DNA of 64,000 nt from an uncultured Methanosarcinales archaeon (GCA_964385185.1 CAYLOA010000002.1:1-64000), one strand, 5' to 3'; numbered from the stretch's first letter, positions 18,416-30,158 are shown. Numbers and translations are program-made. Notes: a model not told the origin generated them from the letters alone.

Positions 18416-18895
18416 ATGACAGAAAAAAAATCAAAAGCGGAAAAGAAAGTCAAGAAGGAATCTAAAGACGACAAGATTGCTGAATTGACTGAGACTTTGC
18501 AGAGATTGCAAGCCGATTTTGAAAACTATAAAAAACAATGTGATAAATCAGCTCAGCAACATCAGATGATGTTTGTTGCAGATATGATGAGTAAATTATT
18601 ACCTAATATCGATCACTTTCAACTTGCATTAGAACAAAAAAGTAATAGTGAAGAATTCCATAAGGGAATTGAGATGATCTATGCTGAATTGTTTGGCTTA
18701 ATGGAAGGATATGGATTACGGCCGATTGAGGCTGTTGGAAAAGATTTTGATCCGTATTATCATGAAGTTATGTTACAAGAAGAATCAGATAAGCCTGGAA
18801 AGGTATTGGATGAGATCCAGAAAGGATATATGCTTGGTGATAAAGTATTACGATTAAGTAAAGTCAAAGTCGGAAAAGAAAAGAAAAAGAAGTAA
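18416..18895 (+). CDS. grpE: nucleotide exchange factor GrpE
   Basis: LQRLQADFENYKK, FDPYYHE and QKGY.L.DKVLR motifs. Confidence 0.95.
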   Translation: MTEKKSKAEKKVKKESKDDKIAELTETLQRLQADFENYKKQCDKSAQQHQMMFVADMMSKLLPNIDHFQLALEQKSNSEEFHKGIEMIYAELFGLMEGYGLRPIEAVGKDFDPYYHEVMLQEESDKPGKVLDEIQKGYMLGDKVLRLSKVKVGKEKKKK

Positions 18896-18946
18896 GAATT
18901 TGTTCAAAACCGAAGACTTTACATAATAATGAGGTAAAAAAAGAGT

Positions 18947-19480
18947 ATGGTTGTAAAAGACGTGTGGATACACAAAAAAACACCAGAAGCAGAGATCTTT
19001 AAGATGGCTCCTGCGTGTGCTTGCGATAAATGCTCAAGCGCATGTGAGATGGGATCTGGATTCCTCGCTGATGGTGATTTAGATAAAATATCCAAGCATC
19101 TTAATATGACTAAAGACGATGTTAAGAAGAAATATCTTGAACAGCGTGAGATGTACAACAAAGTCATGTGGCGACCTAAACAGGAGAAAGGCGACAAACC
19201 CTATGGGGAATGTGTCTTTTTCGAGAAGGGAGTTGGATGCAAAGTGCACCAAGTCAAACCTTTACACTGTAAAATTGCTATGAGCTGCAAAGGATATGGA
19301 GAGCAACTCAACACATGGTTCTATCTGAATCATGTGGTTGAACGAAGTGATCCCGAAGCAATACGACAATGGGCTGTATATCTCGAATCACATCCTACCA
19401 TTCCCGGAGGGGAATTGAAGGATTTAGTGCCTGATAATCAAAAATTACAGAAAATACTGAGCTATGAAATGCTCAGATAG
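18947..19480 (+). CDS. YkgJ-family (CxxCxxC) Fe-S/zinc-binding protein
   Basis: CACDKCSSAC, CVFF....C.VH..KP.HC. Confidence 0.8.
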   Translation: MVVKDVWIHKKTPEAEIFKMAPACACDKCSSACEMGSGFLADGDLDKISKHLNMTKDDVKKKYLEQREMYNKVMWRPKQEKGDKPYGECVFFEKGVGCKVHQVKPLHCKIAMSCKGYGEQLNTWFYLNHVVERSDPEAIRQWAVYLESHPTIPGGELKDLVPDNQKLQKILSYEMLR

Positions 19481-19535
19481 GCTAGTGCCTAATAATCAAA
19501 TGAAGACAAACTTACCCAACACAGGAAAACAGAAA

Positions 19536-19877
19536 ATGTATCTCAAAGCTGAGGCTTTGTTACGATATCTTCTCGGAAGAGATGATAAACTAGATACTCT
19601 GATTATGTGTAAGGGTGGTCAGGTTGACTTAGTAACCAGCGATCAATCACTGTATGAAGCTTTGGGATGCATTGTTGCAGATGATAAGTTTCACATTAAT
19701 AGATTGGTGAAAATGCTGGAAGTGGTTGACGTGGTAAGCTACGTTACCGGAATGAAACAAGAAAGAAAAATATTGAAGGAAGAAAGAGTAAAAGAATTAA
19801 GAGATCTTTTACCGAATCACACTCAAGATTCAAAAGAGGTAGAAAAGTCGAGGGAGAAAGAAAATGACAAAGAATGA
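19536..19877 (+). CDS. hypothetical protein, degenerate PIN-like N-terminus
   Basis: [12 protein letters not shown]...[12 protein letters not shown] resembles PIN beta1/alpha1/alpha2 without the first Asp. Start uncertain (19500 or 19536). Confidence 0.5.
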   Translation: MYLKAEALLRYLLGRDDKLDTLIMCKGGQVDLVTSDQSLYEALGCIVADDKFHINRLVKMLEVVDVVSYVTGMKQERKILKEERVKELRDLLPNHTQDSKEVEKSREKENDKE

Positions 19878-21804
19878 AAGTAAAAAGGAAACAAAGACAG
19901 AAACAAAGACTGATGCTAAAGCAAATACAAAGAAAGAAAAGATTATCGGAATAGATCTTGGTACGAGTAATTCTGCTGCTGCTGTATTACAAGGTGGAAA
20001 GCCAACTATTATTCCAAGTGCAGAAGGAACAACTCAATATGGAAAAGCATTTCCATCCGTTGTTGCTTTCAACAAAGATGGAGCACTTTTAGTAGGAGAA
20101 CCAGCTCGAAGACAAGCTGTTTCTAATCCGAAAGGAACTATCCAAGCTGCAAAGCGAAAGATGGGTACAGACTTTAAGTATAAAATTAACGATAAAGAAT
20201 ATACACCACAACAAATCAGTGCTTATTTGTTACAAAAAATTAAAAAGGATGCTGAAGAATTTCTGGGTGAAAAAGTTGAGAAGGCAGTTATTACTGTTCC
20301 GGCTTATTTTGATGATAATCAAAGACAAGCTACTAAGGATGCAGGAAGTATTGCTGGACTCGAAGTTGTTCGAATTATTAACGAACCTACTGCTGCTTCA
20401 TTGGCCTTTGGTCTTGATAAAGCAGATAAAGAATTAAAAATCTTAGTTTTCGATTTAGGTGGTGGAACATTAGATGTTACTATCATGGAATTCGGAGATG
20501 GAGTGTTTGAAGTTAAATCTACATCAGGAGATACTCAACTGGGTGGAACTGATATGGATAAGGAATTAGTAGATCATATTGTTGCTGAATTCAAGAAAGC
20601 TGAAGGTGTTGATCTGACTGAAGATGACAATGCTATGGAGCGTATTAGAGAAGCTGCAGAGAAGGCTAAGATTGAATTAAGTACAACTATGGAAACTGAT
20701 GTTAATTTGCCATTTATCGCACAAAGTGATGATGGACCAAAAAACTTGAGTATTCCTTTAACTCGTGCAAAATTAGAGAGTCTTGTTGGAGATATTGTTG
20801 AGAAATGTAGACACCCATTAGAACAAGCAATCAAGGATGCTGGAATTACTTCAAGCGAGATTGATAAAATTGTTATGGTCGGTGGACCTACAAGAATGCC
20901 AGTTATTCAGAAGTTTGTCGAAGAAGTTGTTGGCAAAAAGTCTGAAAGGGGAATTGATCCTATGGAATGTGTAGCTCAAGGAGCTTCCATACAAGCTGGA
21001 GTTTTAGCAGGAGAAGTTAAAGATATTTTGTTATTGGATGTTACTCCACTAACTTTAGGTATTGAAACTCTAGGTGGTGTTACCACTGAGCTTATTGCTC
21101 GTAATACTACTATTCCTACTAAGAAGAGTAAGGTTTTCTCAACTGCTGCTGATAATCAGCCAGCGGTAACTATCCATGTCTTACAAGGAGAGAGACCTAT
21201 GGCAGCTGACAACAAATCCTTAGGAAACTTTGATTTGGTTGGATTACCACCAGCTCCTAGAGGGGTTCCTCAAATTGAGGTTACATTTGACATTGATGCA
21301 AATGGAATCGTTCATGTTAAGGCAAAAGATCTGGGTACTGAAAAAGAACAAAGTATTAAGATTACTGCGTCCGATAAATTAAGTGATGCAGATGTCGAAA
21401 AGATGAAGAAAGAGGCTGAAGACCATGCTGACGAAGATAAGAAGAAGCGTGAAGAGATTGAAACCATCAATCAAGCGGATGCTTTAGTCTTTAGCTCTGA
21501 GAAAATGTTCAAAGACTTTGAAGGTAAGGTGGACAAAAAGCAAATTGAGACTGTGAAAGGTAAAATCATGGAACTCAAAGAGCTTATGAAGCCTGAGAAG
21601 AAAGATGTCTCTGCAGTGAAGAAGAAAATGGACGAAGTCAATGAAATTGTCCAGAAAATGAGTACAGAAATGTATGAAAAAGCTGCAGCACAACAACAGA
21701 AAGCTCAAGGAGCTCCTGCTGGAGATCCTAAAGCTAAAGGCAACGAAGAGAAAGTTGTCGATGCCGAAGTTGTAGACGATAAAAAGGATGAGAAGAAGAA
21801 ATAA
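19864..21804 (+). CDS. dnaK: chaperone DnaK (Hsp70)
   Basis: [21 protein letters not shown] and [15 protein letters not shown] motifs. Confidence 0.98.
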   Translation: MTKNESKKETKTETKTDAKANTKKEKIIGIDLGTSNSAAAVLQGGKPTIIPSAEGTTQYGKAFPSVVAFNKDGALLVGEPARRQAVSNPKGTIQAAKRKMGTDFKYKINDKEYTPQQISAYLLQKIKKDAEEFLGEKVEKAVITVPAYFDDNQRQATKDAGSIAGLEVVRIINEPTAASLAFGLDKADKELKILVFDLGGGTLDVTIMEFGDGVFEVKSTSGDTQLGGTDMDKELVDHIVAEFKKAEGVDLTEDDNAMERIREAAEKAKIELSTTMETDVNLPFIAQSDDGPKNLSIPLTRAKLESLVGDIVEKCRHPLEQAIKDAGITSSEIDKIVMVGGPTRMPVIQKFVEEVVGKKSERGIDPMECVAQGASIQAGVLAGEVKDILLLDVTPLTLGIETLGGVTTELIARNTTIPTKKSKVFSTAADNQPAVTIHVLQGERPMAADNKSLGNFDLVGLPPAPRGVPQIEVTFDIDANGIVHVKAKDLGTEKEQSIKITASDKLSDADVEKMKKEAEDHADEDKKKREEIETINQADALVFSSEKMFKDFEGKVDKKQIETVKGKIMELKELMKPEKKDVSAVKKKMDEVNEIVQKMSTEMYEKAAAQQQKAQGAPAGDPKAKGNEEKVVDAEVVDDKKDEKKK

Positions 21805-21822
21805 TTTTTTCTTCACTTTATT

Positions 21823-22416
21823 ATGAACATACCTACAAAAGAGGAGTGTTATGCACTGTTGGAGAAATATAAAGCTCCTATCTCTATTGTAGACCATGTC
21901 ACAGCGGTTGCTAAAGTCGGTAGACAGTTAGCAGAAGCTTTTGTTGCAAAAGGTCAAGATGTTAATGTTGAAGCAGTAGAGGCTGCTTGTTTGTTACATG
22001 ATGTTCTGAAATGTGTTGATTTTAACAATTATAACAATTTTAATGAAGAAGAACAAGCTTTTTATCAAGATTTAATTGAAAAGTTTGGAAAAGGTCATCC
22101 TGAGGCAGCTGAAAAAATGCTTACTGAAGAGGGATATCCTGAAATTGGATTGATTGTTAGGAGTCATGGTCTTGAATCTATTGGCGAGGCTAATGGACCT
22201 ATTTCAACAGCACAGAAGATTGTCTTTTATGCTGATAAACGGGCAAAGTATGCAACTATCCCATTGGAAAAAAGATTTTCAGAGTGGAAAAAGAAATATA
22301 GTGAAAAGGATGATTCACGTGATACTGAATATTGGGCAGAGAAAGAAAAATTAACGATAGCACTGGAAGAAGATCTTTTTGAACAACTTGATATTTCACC
22401 AGGTGATCTTAAATGA
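21823..22416 (+). CDS. HD-domain phosphohydrolase (HDIG-like)
   Basis: H...V, LLHD, H, H and YADK motifs. Confidence 0.85.
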   Translation: MNIPTKEECYALLEKYKAPISIVDHVTAVAKVGRQLAEAFVAKGQDVNVEAVEAACLLHDVLKCVDFNNYNNFNEEEQAFYQDLIEKFGKGHPEAAEKMLTEEGYPEIGLIVRSHGLESIGEANGPISTAQKIVFYADKRAKYATIPLEKRFSEWKKKYSEKDDSRDTEYWAEKEKLTIALEEDLFEQLDISPGDLK

Positions 22417-23519
22417 GTGAGAAAGATTACTATGAAACATTAGGTATTTCTAAAGATGCTTCTAAAGGAGAGATTAAGAAAGCCTATAAGAAAATGGCTA
22501 AGAAATATCATCCTGATTTGAATAAAGATAATCCCAATGCTTCTGAAAAGTTTAAAGAAGTGAATGAGGCTGCATCTGTTTTGGGAGATGATCAGAAAAG
22601 ACAACAGTATGATCAATATGGCAGTACAGGAGAACAACCTGGAATGGGTGGATTCGATTTTAGCAATATGAATCAAGGTGGAAACTTTGATTTTGGTGAT
22701 ATTTTTGATAGTTTCTTTGGTGGGGGAGGACCCCATCGAGTGCAACGAGAAGGTGTACAAAGAGGAGCTTCTCTACGATTTGATTTAGAGATTACCTTAG
22801 AGGAAGCTGCAGAAGGTGTTACTAAGAAAATTATTGTTCCACGATTGTCTACTTGTAAGAAATGCAGTGGAAAAGGTGTAGAAAAAGAAGCTGATAAAGA
22901 ACAATGTGGAAATTGTCAAGGCCATGGTGTTGAGAAAAGAGTACGAAGAACACCGTTTGGTATGTTTTCAACAACAACAAGCTGTAGTCATTGTGGTGGC
23001 GCTGGAGAGATTATTAAGAATCCTTGTGACACTTGTGATGGAACGGGAAGGGTTGAAGAACGAAAGGAATTAGAGATTAAGATTCCTGCAGGTGTAGAAG
23101 ATATTATGAAACTACGAGTACAAGGAGAAGGAGAAGCTGGAGTGAAAGGCGGACCTCCTGGAGATTTATTTGTTGTTGTTCATATTTCAGCTCATGAATT
23201 GTTTGAGCGACATGATAATGATTTGTATATGGAAATTCCACTTACTTTTACACAAGCTGCGCTTGGTGATGAAGTAAAAGTTCCTACATTAGAAGGGACT
23301 GCTAAGTTGAAGATTCCAGCAGGAACTCAGACAGAGACTATATTTAATATGAAAGGAAAAGGATTACCTTCTTTACATGGATATGGCACAGGAAGTCAGA
23401 AAGTGAAAGTTGTTGTTAAGATTCCTGATAAGTTAAGTCGTAAAGAGAAAGAGCTTTGTAAAGAATTAGATAAAGAATTTAGAAAAGAGAAAGGTTTCTT
23501 AGAGAGATTGTTGGGTTAA
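22413..23519 (+). CDS. dnaJ: chaperone DnaJ
   Basis: J domain HPD, G/F region, four CxxCxGxG repeats. Confidence 0.97.
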   Translation: MSEKDYYETLGISKDASKGEIKKAYKKMAKKYHPDLNKDNPNASEKFKEVNEAASVLGDDQKRQQYDQYGSTGEQPGMGGFDFSNMNQGGNFDFGDIFDSFFGGGGPHRVQREGVQRGASLRFDLEITLEEAAEGVTKKIIVPRLSTCKKCSGKGVEKEADKEQCGNCQGHGVEKRVRRTPFGMFSTTTSCSHCGGAGEIIKNPCDTCDGTGRVEERKELEIKIPAGVEDIMKLRVQGEGEAGVKGGPPGDLFVVVHISAHELFERHDNDLYMEIPLTFTQAALGDEVKVPTLEGTAKLKIPAGTQTETIFNMKGKGLPSLHGYGTGSQKVKVVVKIPDKLSRKEKELCKELDKEFRKEKGFLERLLG

Positions 23520-23866
23520 ACCGTACAGCCGCCTTCTACGCATTCTGAATTAGGGTCACCATTTAATGAAGAACATCTATAGGCTTTCTCTACTAACGTA
23601 TTCCCTAAACATTGATATTCAATGACTTCATATCTAGAATTACAATAATCAGTTAATGATTCTTGAAAACCCATATTTTTTGTAATGAATGCAGTTCCTT
23701 TCCCGTAGGGATTATCTCCACTATCGGTATCTAAACAGGTTTCTGCATATCTTGTAACTAATTTATACGCTTGACCAGAAACAGTTGCTGGAGGTGTAAA
23801 AAACGCTCCAGCCGCTGCCAAAATTAAAATAGCAATTGCAACAACGTGCAGTTGCTTCATTGACAT
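23516..23866 (-). CDS. small secreted Cys-rich protein
   Basis: N-terminal TM/signal, C.DTD.G.N.Y.KG...D.C......E..C motif. Paralog of its neighbour. Confidence 0.7.
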   Translation of the reverse strand: MSMKQLHVVAIAILILAAAGAFFTPPATVSGQAYKLVTRYAETCLDTDSGDNPYGKGTAFITKNMGFQESLTDYCNSRYEVIEYQCLGNTLVEKAYRCSSLNGDPNSECVEGGCTV

Positions 23867-24177
23867 GCTCCGTTAAGGCATCCGTTTGCACATCTTATTG
23901 TTTGTTCAAGAAGAAAATTCCCTGTACATGAAAATTCCCTAAGAAATTTGTTTGATATACAATAATCTTCTACGGTTGATGTTAATCCACTATTCTTTGT
24001 AACTTTGACCATACTGTAGGTGTTGAGGTCAAAACCACCATCACCTTCATCACACGTTTCGATAAATCTTGTTGTTTCTGTTGCAACTGCACCAGAAGGA
24101 CTTGGAAGTGCAGGATTAATTAAAACTACACCCACTAATAATATTGCGAATGCCACAATTGCATGTTCTTTTTTCAT
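23857..24177 (-). CDS. small secreted Cys-rich protein
   Basis: Same architecture, ends C.NGC.NGAC. Confidence 0.7.
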   Translation of the reverse strand: MKKEHAIVAFAILLVGVVLINPALPSPSGAVATETTRFIETCDEGDGGFDLNTYSMVKVTKNSGLTSTVEDYCISNKFLREFSCTGNFLLEQTIRCANGCLNGACQ

Positions 24178-24274
24178 AAGTATCACCTACGGTATTTTGG
24201 ATTTAGTGATATATAAACGTTATTGTTATCTATAGTGCATTACATTTATTAATGATTAATTTGAGTACTAAGGT

Positions 24275-25123
24275 ATGGTATATGTTTCAACTGCTTGTTT
24301 AGGTGGACAGAATGGTAAACATTTTGAGAGAAACTTCTACACTGTTTTTAATAAATATGTTAAGGCAGGTATTGATCACATCGAACTAGGTAGTTGCCAT
24401 AATTATATTAAAGATTTAAAGCCATTATTCAAAGCTCAAAAGGAACATAGTCTTAATTTTATTGTGCATACTTTCTTTCCACCGTTAAAGGAACAGATGT
24501 GGGTCAATATTGCATCGCAAACTGCAAAGATTCATAAAATGTCTATGAAGATTGTTTATACTGCAATTGATTTTTGTAGAAAGACCGATACGCCGATTTA
24601 TACCATGCACCCTGGGTTTCTTGCAGATGTTAAAGGAAAGTATGATGTGAGTGCAACAAATGCTCCGCATGACTATGAGGTGGGATGGAATACCTTCACA
24701 CAATCAATACAGAAGATTGCAGATAGAGCTCAGAAGTATGGGATAAAAATTGGGGTGGAGACTCAGTTTAATACGAAAGGATATATGCTTGGAAGTAAAC
24801 CTGAAGAGTTTACTCGATTGTTTAAAGAAGTGAAGAATAAAAATCTAGGAATATTATTTGATTTTGGTCATAGTTATGGTAATATGCATTTGTATAAGAT
24901 GACTCCAAAAGAGTATATTACTCCTTTACTGAAGAAGATCTTTGCATTTCATATCCATAAAGGGTTTAATCGAGATGCACATGCAAAAGTTCCTAATTTG
25001 AAGTTCTTTTCTGATTTTCCTAAAGGATATTTTAAGAAAAAGTTCTTGACTTGTGAAGTGAATAGGTTGGATATGAAAGGTATTTTGCAACAGAGAAAGT
25101 TGTTGGAAGGGTTAAAAGCATAG
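24275..25123 (+). CDS. sugar phosphate isomerase/epimerase-family TIM barrel (AP endonuclease 2-like)
   Basis: IELG, HPG, GVE, DFGH, HIH and DAH metal motifs. Confidence 0.8.
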   Translation: MVYVSTACLGGQNGKHFERNFYTVFNKYVKAGIDHIELGSCHNYIKDLKPLFKAQKEHSLNFIVHTFFPPLKEQMWVNIASQTAKIHKMSMKIVYTAIDFCRKTDTPIYTMHPGFLADVKGKYDVSATNAPHDYEVGWNTFTQSIQKIADRAQKYGIKIGVETQFNTKGYMLGSKPEEFTRLFKEVKNKNLGILFDFGHSYGNMHLYKMTPKEYITPLLKKIFAFHIHKGFNRDAHAKVPNLKFFSDFPKGYFKKKFLTCEVNRLDMKGILQQRKLLEGLKA

Positions 25124-25154
25124 ATTTTTAAATGGCTTCTAAGTTTTATTTCTT

Positions 25155-25850
25155 ATGGATACTACAAAAATACAAGGAAATGATTTAAGTCAATTGTGTA
25201 CATTATTAGGTAGAGAGTCTTTTCCCATATATCAAATTAATTTTGTGGATGGTAGGTTTCGAGTTGTTGGTCAAGCTTCTTCATTTGATGTTCAGAATAT
25301 CGAATATGAAAAAAAACATGCATTACATTATCCATGTGATATAACTGTTCATATAGATCCTGTGGGAAATAATCATCTTCCAAGTCAATTAGCTATTCCA
25401 AAAAAATTTATGCACGGAAATCGTAGTACTTCATTTTATTCTAGTTGTTTACCAATGAGAGTACATGGCATGGATGGGACAGACAGTGGAATCTGGTTAA
25501 GACGAGATCATGAAATGGACGAGTATACGCCGAATAATGCACATTGGTATCTCTTGGGTGCAACAACTCCACTAGTTACATTATTAGGTGGTTTAGTGGA
25601 GTCTCGTAAGAAAATGGAGAGTTCAGTTCCTTCTGAAACACAAGATTGGTTGAAATTGGATGTAATGAATGTCCCTTTGTCAAGACTAATTTCTTGTAAT
25701 AGGGCTCAAAATTATGTGGATGCTTTTCTCAAATATGGTGGAAATGGTAATGGCACTGATACGAGTACACCTTCTGAATCTTCATCAAGTACATTAATCT
25801 ATCAATCGGGGAGTGGTTTTAAGCGTCCCTTACCAAGGCACACTTACTAG
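25155..25850 (+). CDS. hypothetical protein
   Basis: 231-aa ORF, no motif recognised. Confidence 0.55.
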   Translation: MDTTKIQGNDLSQLCTLLGRESFPIYQINFVDGRFRVVGQASSFDVQNIEYEKKHALHYPCDITVHIDPVGNNHLPSQLAIPKKFMHGNRSTSFYSSCLPMRVHGMDGTDSGIWLRRDHEMDEYTPNNAHWYLLGATTPLVTLLGGLVESRKKMESSVPSETQDWLKLDVMNVPLSRLISCNRAQNYVDAFLKYGGNGNGTDTSTPSESSSSTLIYQSGSGFKRPLPRHTY

Positions 25851-25911
25851 TACCACAAGCACAAGACAACCACCCCTAGAGTATTTAAAGGGTTAATTCT
25901 AAGAAAGTGTT

Positions 25912-26658
25912 ATGATAACACAATCATTTCAACTGTTAAAAGGTGTGCAGAGGAAAACAGAATCCAACTTTAGAGACCAAGGTATTACAGATTGGAATGA
26001 TTTTATTACTGCATCATCTGTTAAAGGTATCTCTCCAAATAGAAAATCCTACTACAATAGAAAGCTCCTGGAAGCGAAGAAAGCACTCTTTGAAGATAAG
26101 CTTAGTTACTTTGTCCAGCACCTCCCAACATCTGAACATTGGCGCTTCTGGGAGCTCTACAAAGATGAATGTGTCTATCTTGATATAGAAACAGATGGGA
26201 TTGATAGATACAATGATATTACAGTTGTGGGGTTGTATGATGGGACTCATACCAAATTAATGATCAAAGATATTAATTTAGATTTTAAGGCATTAAAAGA
26301 AGAATTGAAAAAATATAAGTTATTAGTTACCTTTAATGGGACTGTTTTTGATGTCCCTTTTCTTGAAAAAAGATATCCTGGAGTTATTCCTAACATTCCT
26401 CATTTAGACTTACGCTTTGCGTGTGATAAAGTGGGATTGAATGGTGGATTAAAGGAGGTGGAAAACAAATTAGGCATTAGACGAAATAAAATTGTAGAGG
26501 GACTCTACGGAGGTGATGCATTGGCCCTATGGCGTATTTATAAAAATACAGGAGATGAATATTATCTTAATTTGTTGATTGAATACAATGAAGAAGATAT
26601 TATCAATCTTAAACGGATTGCAAGTGTGGTGGTTGATACATTAAAAAAAGGAATATAA
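25912..26658 (+). CDS. RNase H-like 3'-5' exonuclease (YprB/DnaQ-like)
   Basis: LDIETDG, TFNG..FD.PFL, LK.VE..LG and YN.ED motifs. Confidence 0.88.
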   Translation: MITQSFQLLKGVQRKTESNFRDQGITDWNDFITASSVKGISPNRKSYYNRKLLEAKKALFEDKLSYFVQHLPTSEHWRFWELYKDECVYLDIETDGIDRYNDITVVGLYDGTHTKLMIKDINLDFKALKEELKKYKLLVTFNGTVFDVPFLEKRYPGVIPNIPHLDLRFACDKVGLNGGLKEVENKLGIRRNKIVEGLYGGDALALWRIYKNTGDEYYLNLLIEYNEEDIINLKRIASVVVDTLKKGI

Positions 26659-26663
26659 AAAAA

Positions 26664-27092
26664 TTAGTCAGCGTCAGAATCTCCTTCATCTTTGGAAATT
26701 TTTTCAACTTTTGGAGTTGATTTACTGTCCATAGATAAGGGTCCAGAACCAAAGTGAATAATCAGAAGCAATCCACCAATTACAGCTAGATTTTTTGTGA
26801 AGTGAGCCATTTGTTCAGGATCTCCAATATTCCTATGGAAAACAATAGTCGCTATCAATAAGAATACTGCTAAGATGGCTGCACCCCATTCAGCTTTATA
26901 TCCTACTAATACTGAAAGTCCACCAATAATTTCGATTGCAATTCCAATTACTAAGAATACAGATGCTGCTGGAAATCCAACAGAGGTCATCCAACCTGCT
27001 GTTTGGTCGAATGCCATGAGTTTAAAGAGTGCACCGGGTATAAACACCAGTGCGATTAATATCCTTGCTATAAGTGGTAATGCTTTTGTCAT
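26664..27092 (-). CDS. DoxX family membrane protein
   Basis: ARIL...F, E..GG...L.G, FH and KNLA..GGLL motifs. Confidence 0.88.
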   Translation of the reverse strand: MTKALPLIARILIALVFIPGALFKLMAFDQTAGWMTSVGFPAASVFLVIGIAIEIIGGLSVLVGYKAEWGAAILAVFLLIATIVFHRNIGDPEQMAHFTKNLAVIGGLLLIIHFGSGPLSMDSKSTPKVEKISKDEGDSDAD

Positions 27093-27200
27093 AATTATCC
27101 CTCCGAATGATACTTATTGGTAATACTGTTATTTAAGGATTATTGTTGTGAAAGCTAGTCACACCAAAGCTATTTAAACCTTCTAGCTACTCTAATAGAC

Positions 27201-30092
27201 ATGATAAAAGAGAAGAAAAAAGAGAATACACCAAAGCAGTTAGATAATATACTGCACCCGTTGGTGAAAAAGTGGTTCTTTAGTAGATTTAAAGCCTATT
27301 CTCTTCCTCAATTATATGGTGTTATGGAAATTCATTCTCGTAATAATATCTTAGTGAGTGCTCCTACTGGAGCTACTAAGACACTTACTGGTTTCTTAAG
27401 TATTCTCAACGAATTGGTTGATTCTGCAGAGAAAGGAATACTTGAAGAAAAGATTTATGCAATCTATATTTCTCCTTTGAAGGCATTGAATAATGATATT
27501 CAAAAGAATTTAATTGAACCGTTAGAAGAGATGGAGAAAATTGCAGGGAAAAAGCTAGGAATTAAAGTAGGTGTGAGAACAGGAGATACGACCCCCTATG
27601 AACGGGCAAAGATGGCCAAGAATCCCCCCCATATTTTGATTACAACGCCAGAGAGCATGGCGATAATGATTACTACAATAAAATTCAGAGAGTATATGCG
27701 AGGTGTTCAGTGGTGTATCATTGATGAAATTCACGCTTTAGCTGAAAACAAACGAGGAGTCCATCTTTCTTTGACACTGGAACGATTGCAATTATTATCT
27801 CCTGGATTATGTCGAGTAGGATTATCGGCTACTGTGGCCCCTTTAGATGATATTGCACAGTTTTTAGTGGGAACTAATAGAGATTGTTTGTTAATCGATG
27901 TACAGTTTATCAAAGATTTAGATTTACAAGTAATGAGCCCAGTAAAAGATATGATTAATGTGAGCCATGAAGATCTTCATAAGGAATTGTATAAGATGAT
28001 TGATGGTTTGATTCAAAAACATAAAACTACTTTAATTTTTACAAATACACGAAGTGCTACAGAAAGAGTTGTCCATCATCTGAGAGAGAAGTTTCCTAAA
28101 AATTATACTGAAGATTTAGCAACAGGAGCTTCTAATGAACCTACTGGTATTGGAGCACACCATGGGAGTTTAAGTAAAGAGCATAGAATTATGATTGAGG
28201 AGAATTTACGAAAAGGAAAGCTCAAATGTGTTGTGTGTAGTACTTCTTTAGAATTAGGGATTGATATTGGTTACATTGATTTGGTCATATTGCTTAGTAG
28301 TCCTAAGTCAGTTGCACGAGCATTACAAAGAGTAGGTCGTGCAGGACATCAATTGCATGCAAAAGCTAAAGGAAGATTGATTGTGATGGGGAGAGACGAT
28401 CTTGTTGAGTGTAGTGTGTTGTTAAAGTCAGCTATGGAGAAGAAGATTGATAGAATTCATATTCCAACGAATTGTTTAGATGTGTTAGCTCAACAAATAG
28501 ATGGAATTGCTATTTCTGATATTACTCATGTTCCCGATTTGTATAAAATGATTAAAGAGAGCTATTGTTATCGAACTTTAATTAAAAAAGATTTCTTGGC
28601 AGTTATAGATTATTTGGCAGGTGAGTATGTTTCTTTAGAGGATCGATATATTTATGCAAAGATTTGGCATGATAAAGATACTAAAATGATTGGTAAAAAA
28701 GGAAAGATGGGACGAGTTATTTTTATGACTAATGTGGGTACGATTCCTGATTCAACAGGTGTTTTGGTAAAAGTGGGAACTCAGACGGTTGGGATGATTG
28801 AAGAAGCTTTTCTAGAACGGTTGAGACCCGGAGATGTCTTTGTTTTAGGAGGGGCAGTGTATCAGTTTAAGTTTGCAAGAGGGATGGTAGCTCAAGTTTC
28901 CTCTAGCGCTAACCGTCCGCCTACTGTACCATCTTGGTTTTCAGAGATGTTGCCTCTCAGTTTTGATTTAGCTATGAATATTGGGAAGTTTCGTAGGTTA
29001 GTTAAAGAGAAATTCATGGCAGGCCAGAGTAAAAAAGAGATTATGGATTGGATGCATGAGTATCTTTATGTAGATTCAAAAGCTGCTCAGGCTTTGTATA
29101 CGTATTTCAAAGAACAAACATTATTTTTAGAAATTCCTACTGATAAAAAAATTATTGTTGAAGTCTATAATGATGGAAAACAAACCTATTATTTGTTTCA
29201 TACTCTCTTTGGACGTCGGGTGAATGATTGTTTAAGTCGTTCTATTGCTTTTGCTATCCATAGGATGGAACATCATGATGTGGAGATTGGAATTAATGAT
29301 AATGGATTTTATATTACCAGTCCTAAACGGATAAAGGTGATGAAGGCGTTTAAGATTTTGAAAAGTTCAAAGTTGGATTTGGTGTTAGAGAAAGCTTTGG
29401 AGAAATCTGAGGTGTTACGGAGACGATTTAGACAGTGTGCAGGCCGATCTTTGATGATTTTGAGAAATTATAAAGGTCGGACTAAGAATGTCGGTAGACA
29501 ACAAGTAAGCAGTCAGATTTTGTTGAGTGCAGTTCGACGAATATCTGAGGATTTTCCTATTCTTAAAGAAGCTAAACGAGAAGTGTTGGAGGATTTAATG
29601 GATATTGAGCATACCAAAGAGGTTTTGAAAGGTATTGAAGATAAAAGAATTAAAGTTGAAGAGGTTGTTACCGATTTACCCAGTCCTTTTGCTTTTAGTC
29701 TTATTAGTCAAGGGATAGCTGATGTGCTACGATTAGAAGAGAAACATGAATTCTTGAAGAGGATGCATAATTCTGTATTGGCAAAAATTGCTTTGAAGGG
29801 TAAGGGTAAAGAGGAACTTGAAGATTTAGAATATTTTAACTATGAAAAAGAATGGGATAAAGCTGCTGAGCTGAAAAGTGATAAAAAAGATATTGCTAAA
29901 AGGGAGTTGAAGATGAAAGTATGGAATCTGAAGAAAACTCCGAGATGGGTGAAGGCAGAATTAGTTGACGTTATTGATGGTTTACAAGATGAGCTTAGTG
30001 ATAGATTTAAATTAGATTTTGATAGATATAAGAAAGAAGTTAAAGCGAATTGGGAGAAAGATGTGTATAGTTTTGTTATTCAGAATGTTTGA
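27201..30092 (+). CDS. lhr: Lhr-family ATP-dependent helicase
   Basis: YISPLKALNND, DEIH, LSAT, HHGSLS, SLELGIDIG, QRVGRAGH and GTIPD motifs. Confidence 0.93.
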   Translation: MIKEKKKENTPKQLDNILHPLVKKWFFSRFKAYSLPQLYGVMEIHSRNNILVSAPTGATKTLTGFLSILNELVDSAEKGILEEKIYAIYISPLKALNNDIQKNLIEPLEEMEKIAGKKLGIKVGVRTGDTTPYERAKMAKNPPHILITTPESMAIMITTIKFREYMRGVQWCIIDEIHALAENKRGVHLSLTLERLQLLSPGLCRVGLSATVAPLDDIAQFLVGTNRDCLLIDVQFIKDLDLQVMSPVKDMINVSHEDLHKELYKMIDGLIQKHKTTLIFTNTRSATERVVHHLREKFPKNYTEDLATGASNEPTGIGAHHGSLSKEHRIMIEENLRKGKLKCVVCSTSLELGIDIGYIDLVILLSSPKSVARALQRVGRAGHQLHAKAKGRLIVMGRDDLVECSVLLKSAMEKKIDRIHIPTNCLDVLAQQIDGIAISDITHVPDLYKMIKESYCYRTLIKKDFLAVIDYLAGEYVSLEDRYIYAKIWHDKDTKMIGKKGKMGRVIFMTNVGTIPDSTGVLVKVGTQTVGMIEEAFLERLRPGDVFVLGGAVYQFKFARGMVAQVSSSANRPPTVPSWFSEMLPLSFDLAMNIGKFRRLVKEKFMAGQSKKEIMDWMHEYLYVDSKAAQALYTYFKEQTLFLEIPTDKKIIVEVYNDGKQTYYLFHTLFGRRVNDCLSRSIAFAIHRMEHHDVEIGINDNGFYITSPKRIKVMKAFKILKSSKLDLVLEKALEKSEVLRRRFRQCAGRSLMILRNYKGRTKNVGRQQVSSQILLSAVRRISEDFPILKEAKREVLEDLMDIEHTKEVLKGIEDKRIKVEEVVTDLPSPFAFSLISQGIADVLRLEEKHEFLKRMHNSVLAKIALKGKGKEELEDLEYFNYEKEWDKAAELKSDKKDIAKRELKMKVWNLKKTPRWVKAELVDVIDGLQDELSDRFKLDFDRYKKEVKANWEKDVYSFVIQNV

Positions 30093-30158
30093 TTAATTAT
30101 TTGGCAAGTTTGATTGTTCGCATATCTTGATCAGCAAGTGCTGTTATGTAAATTGTTT

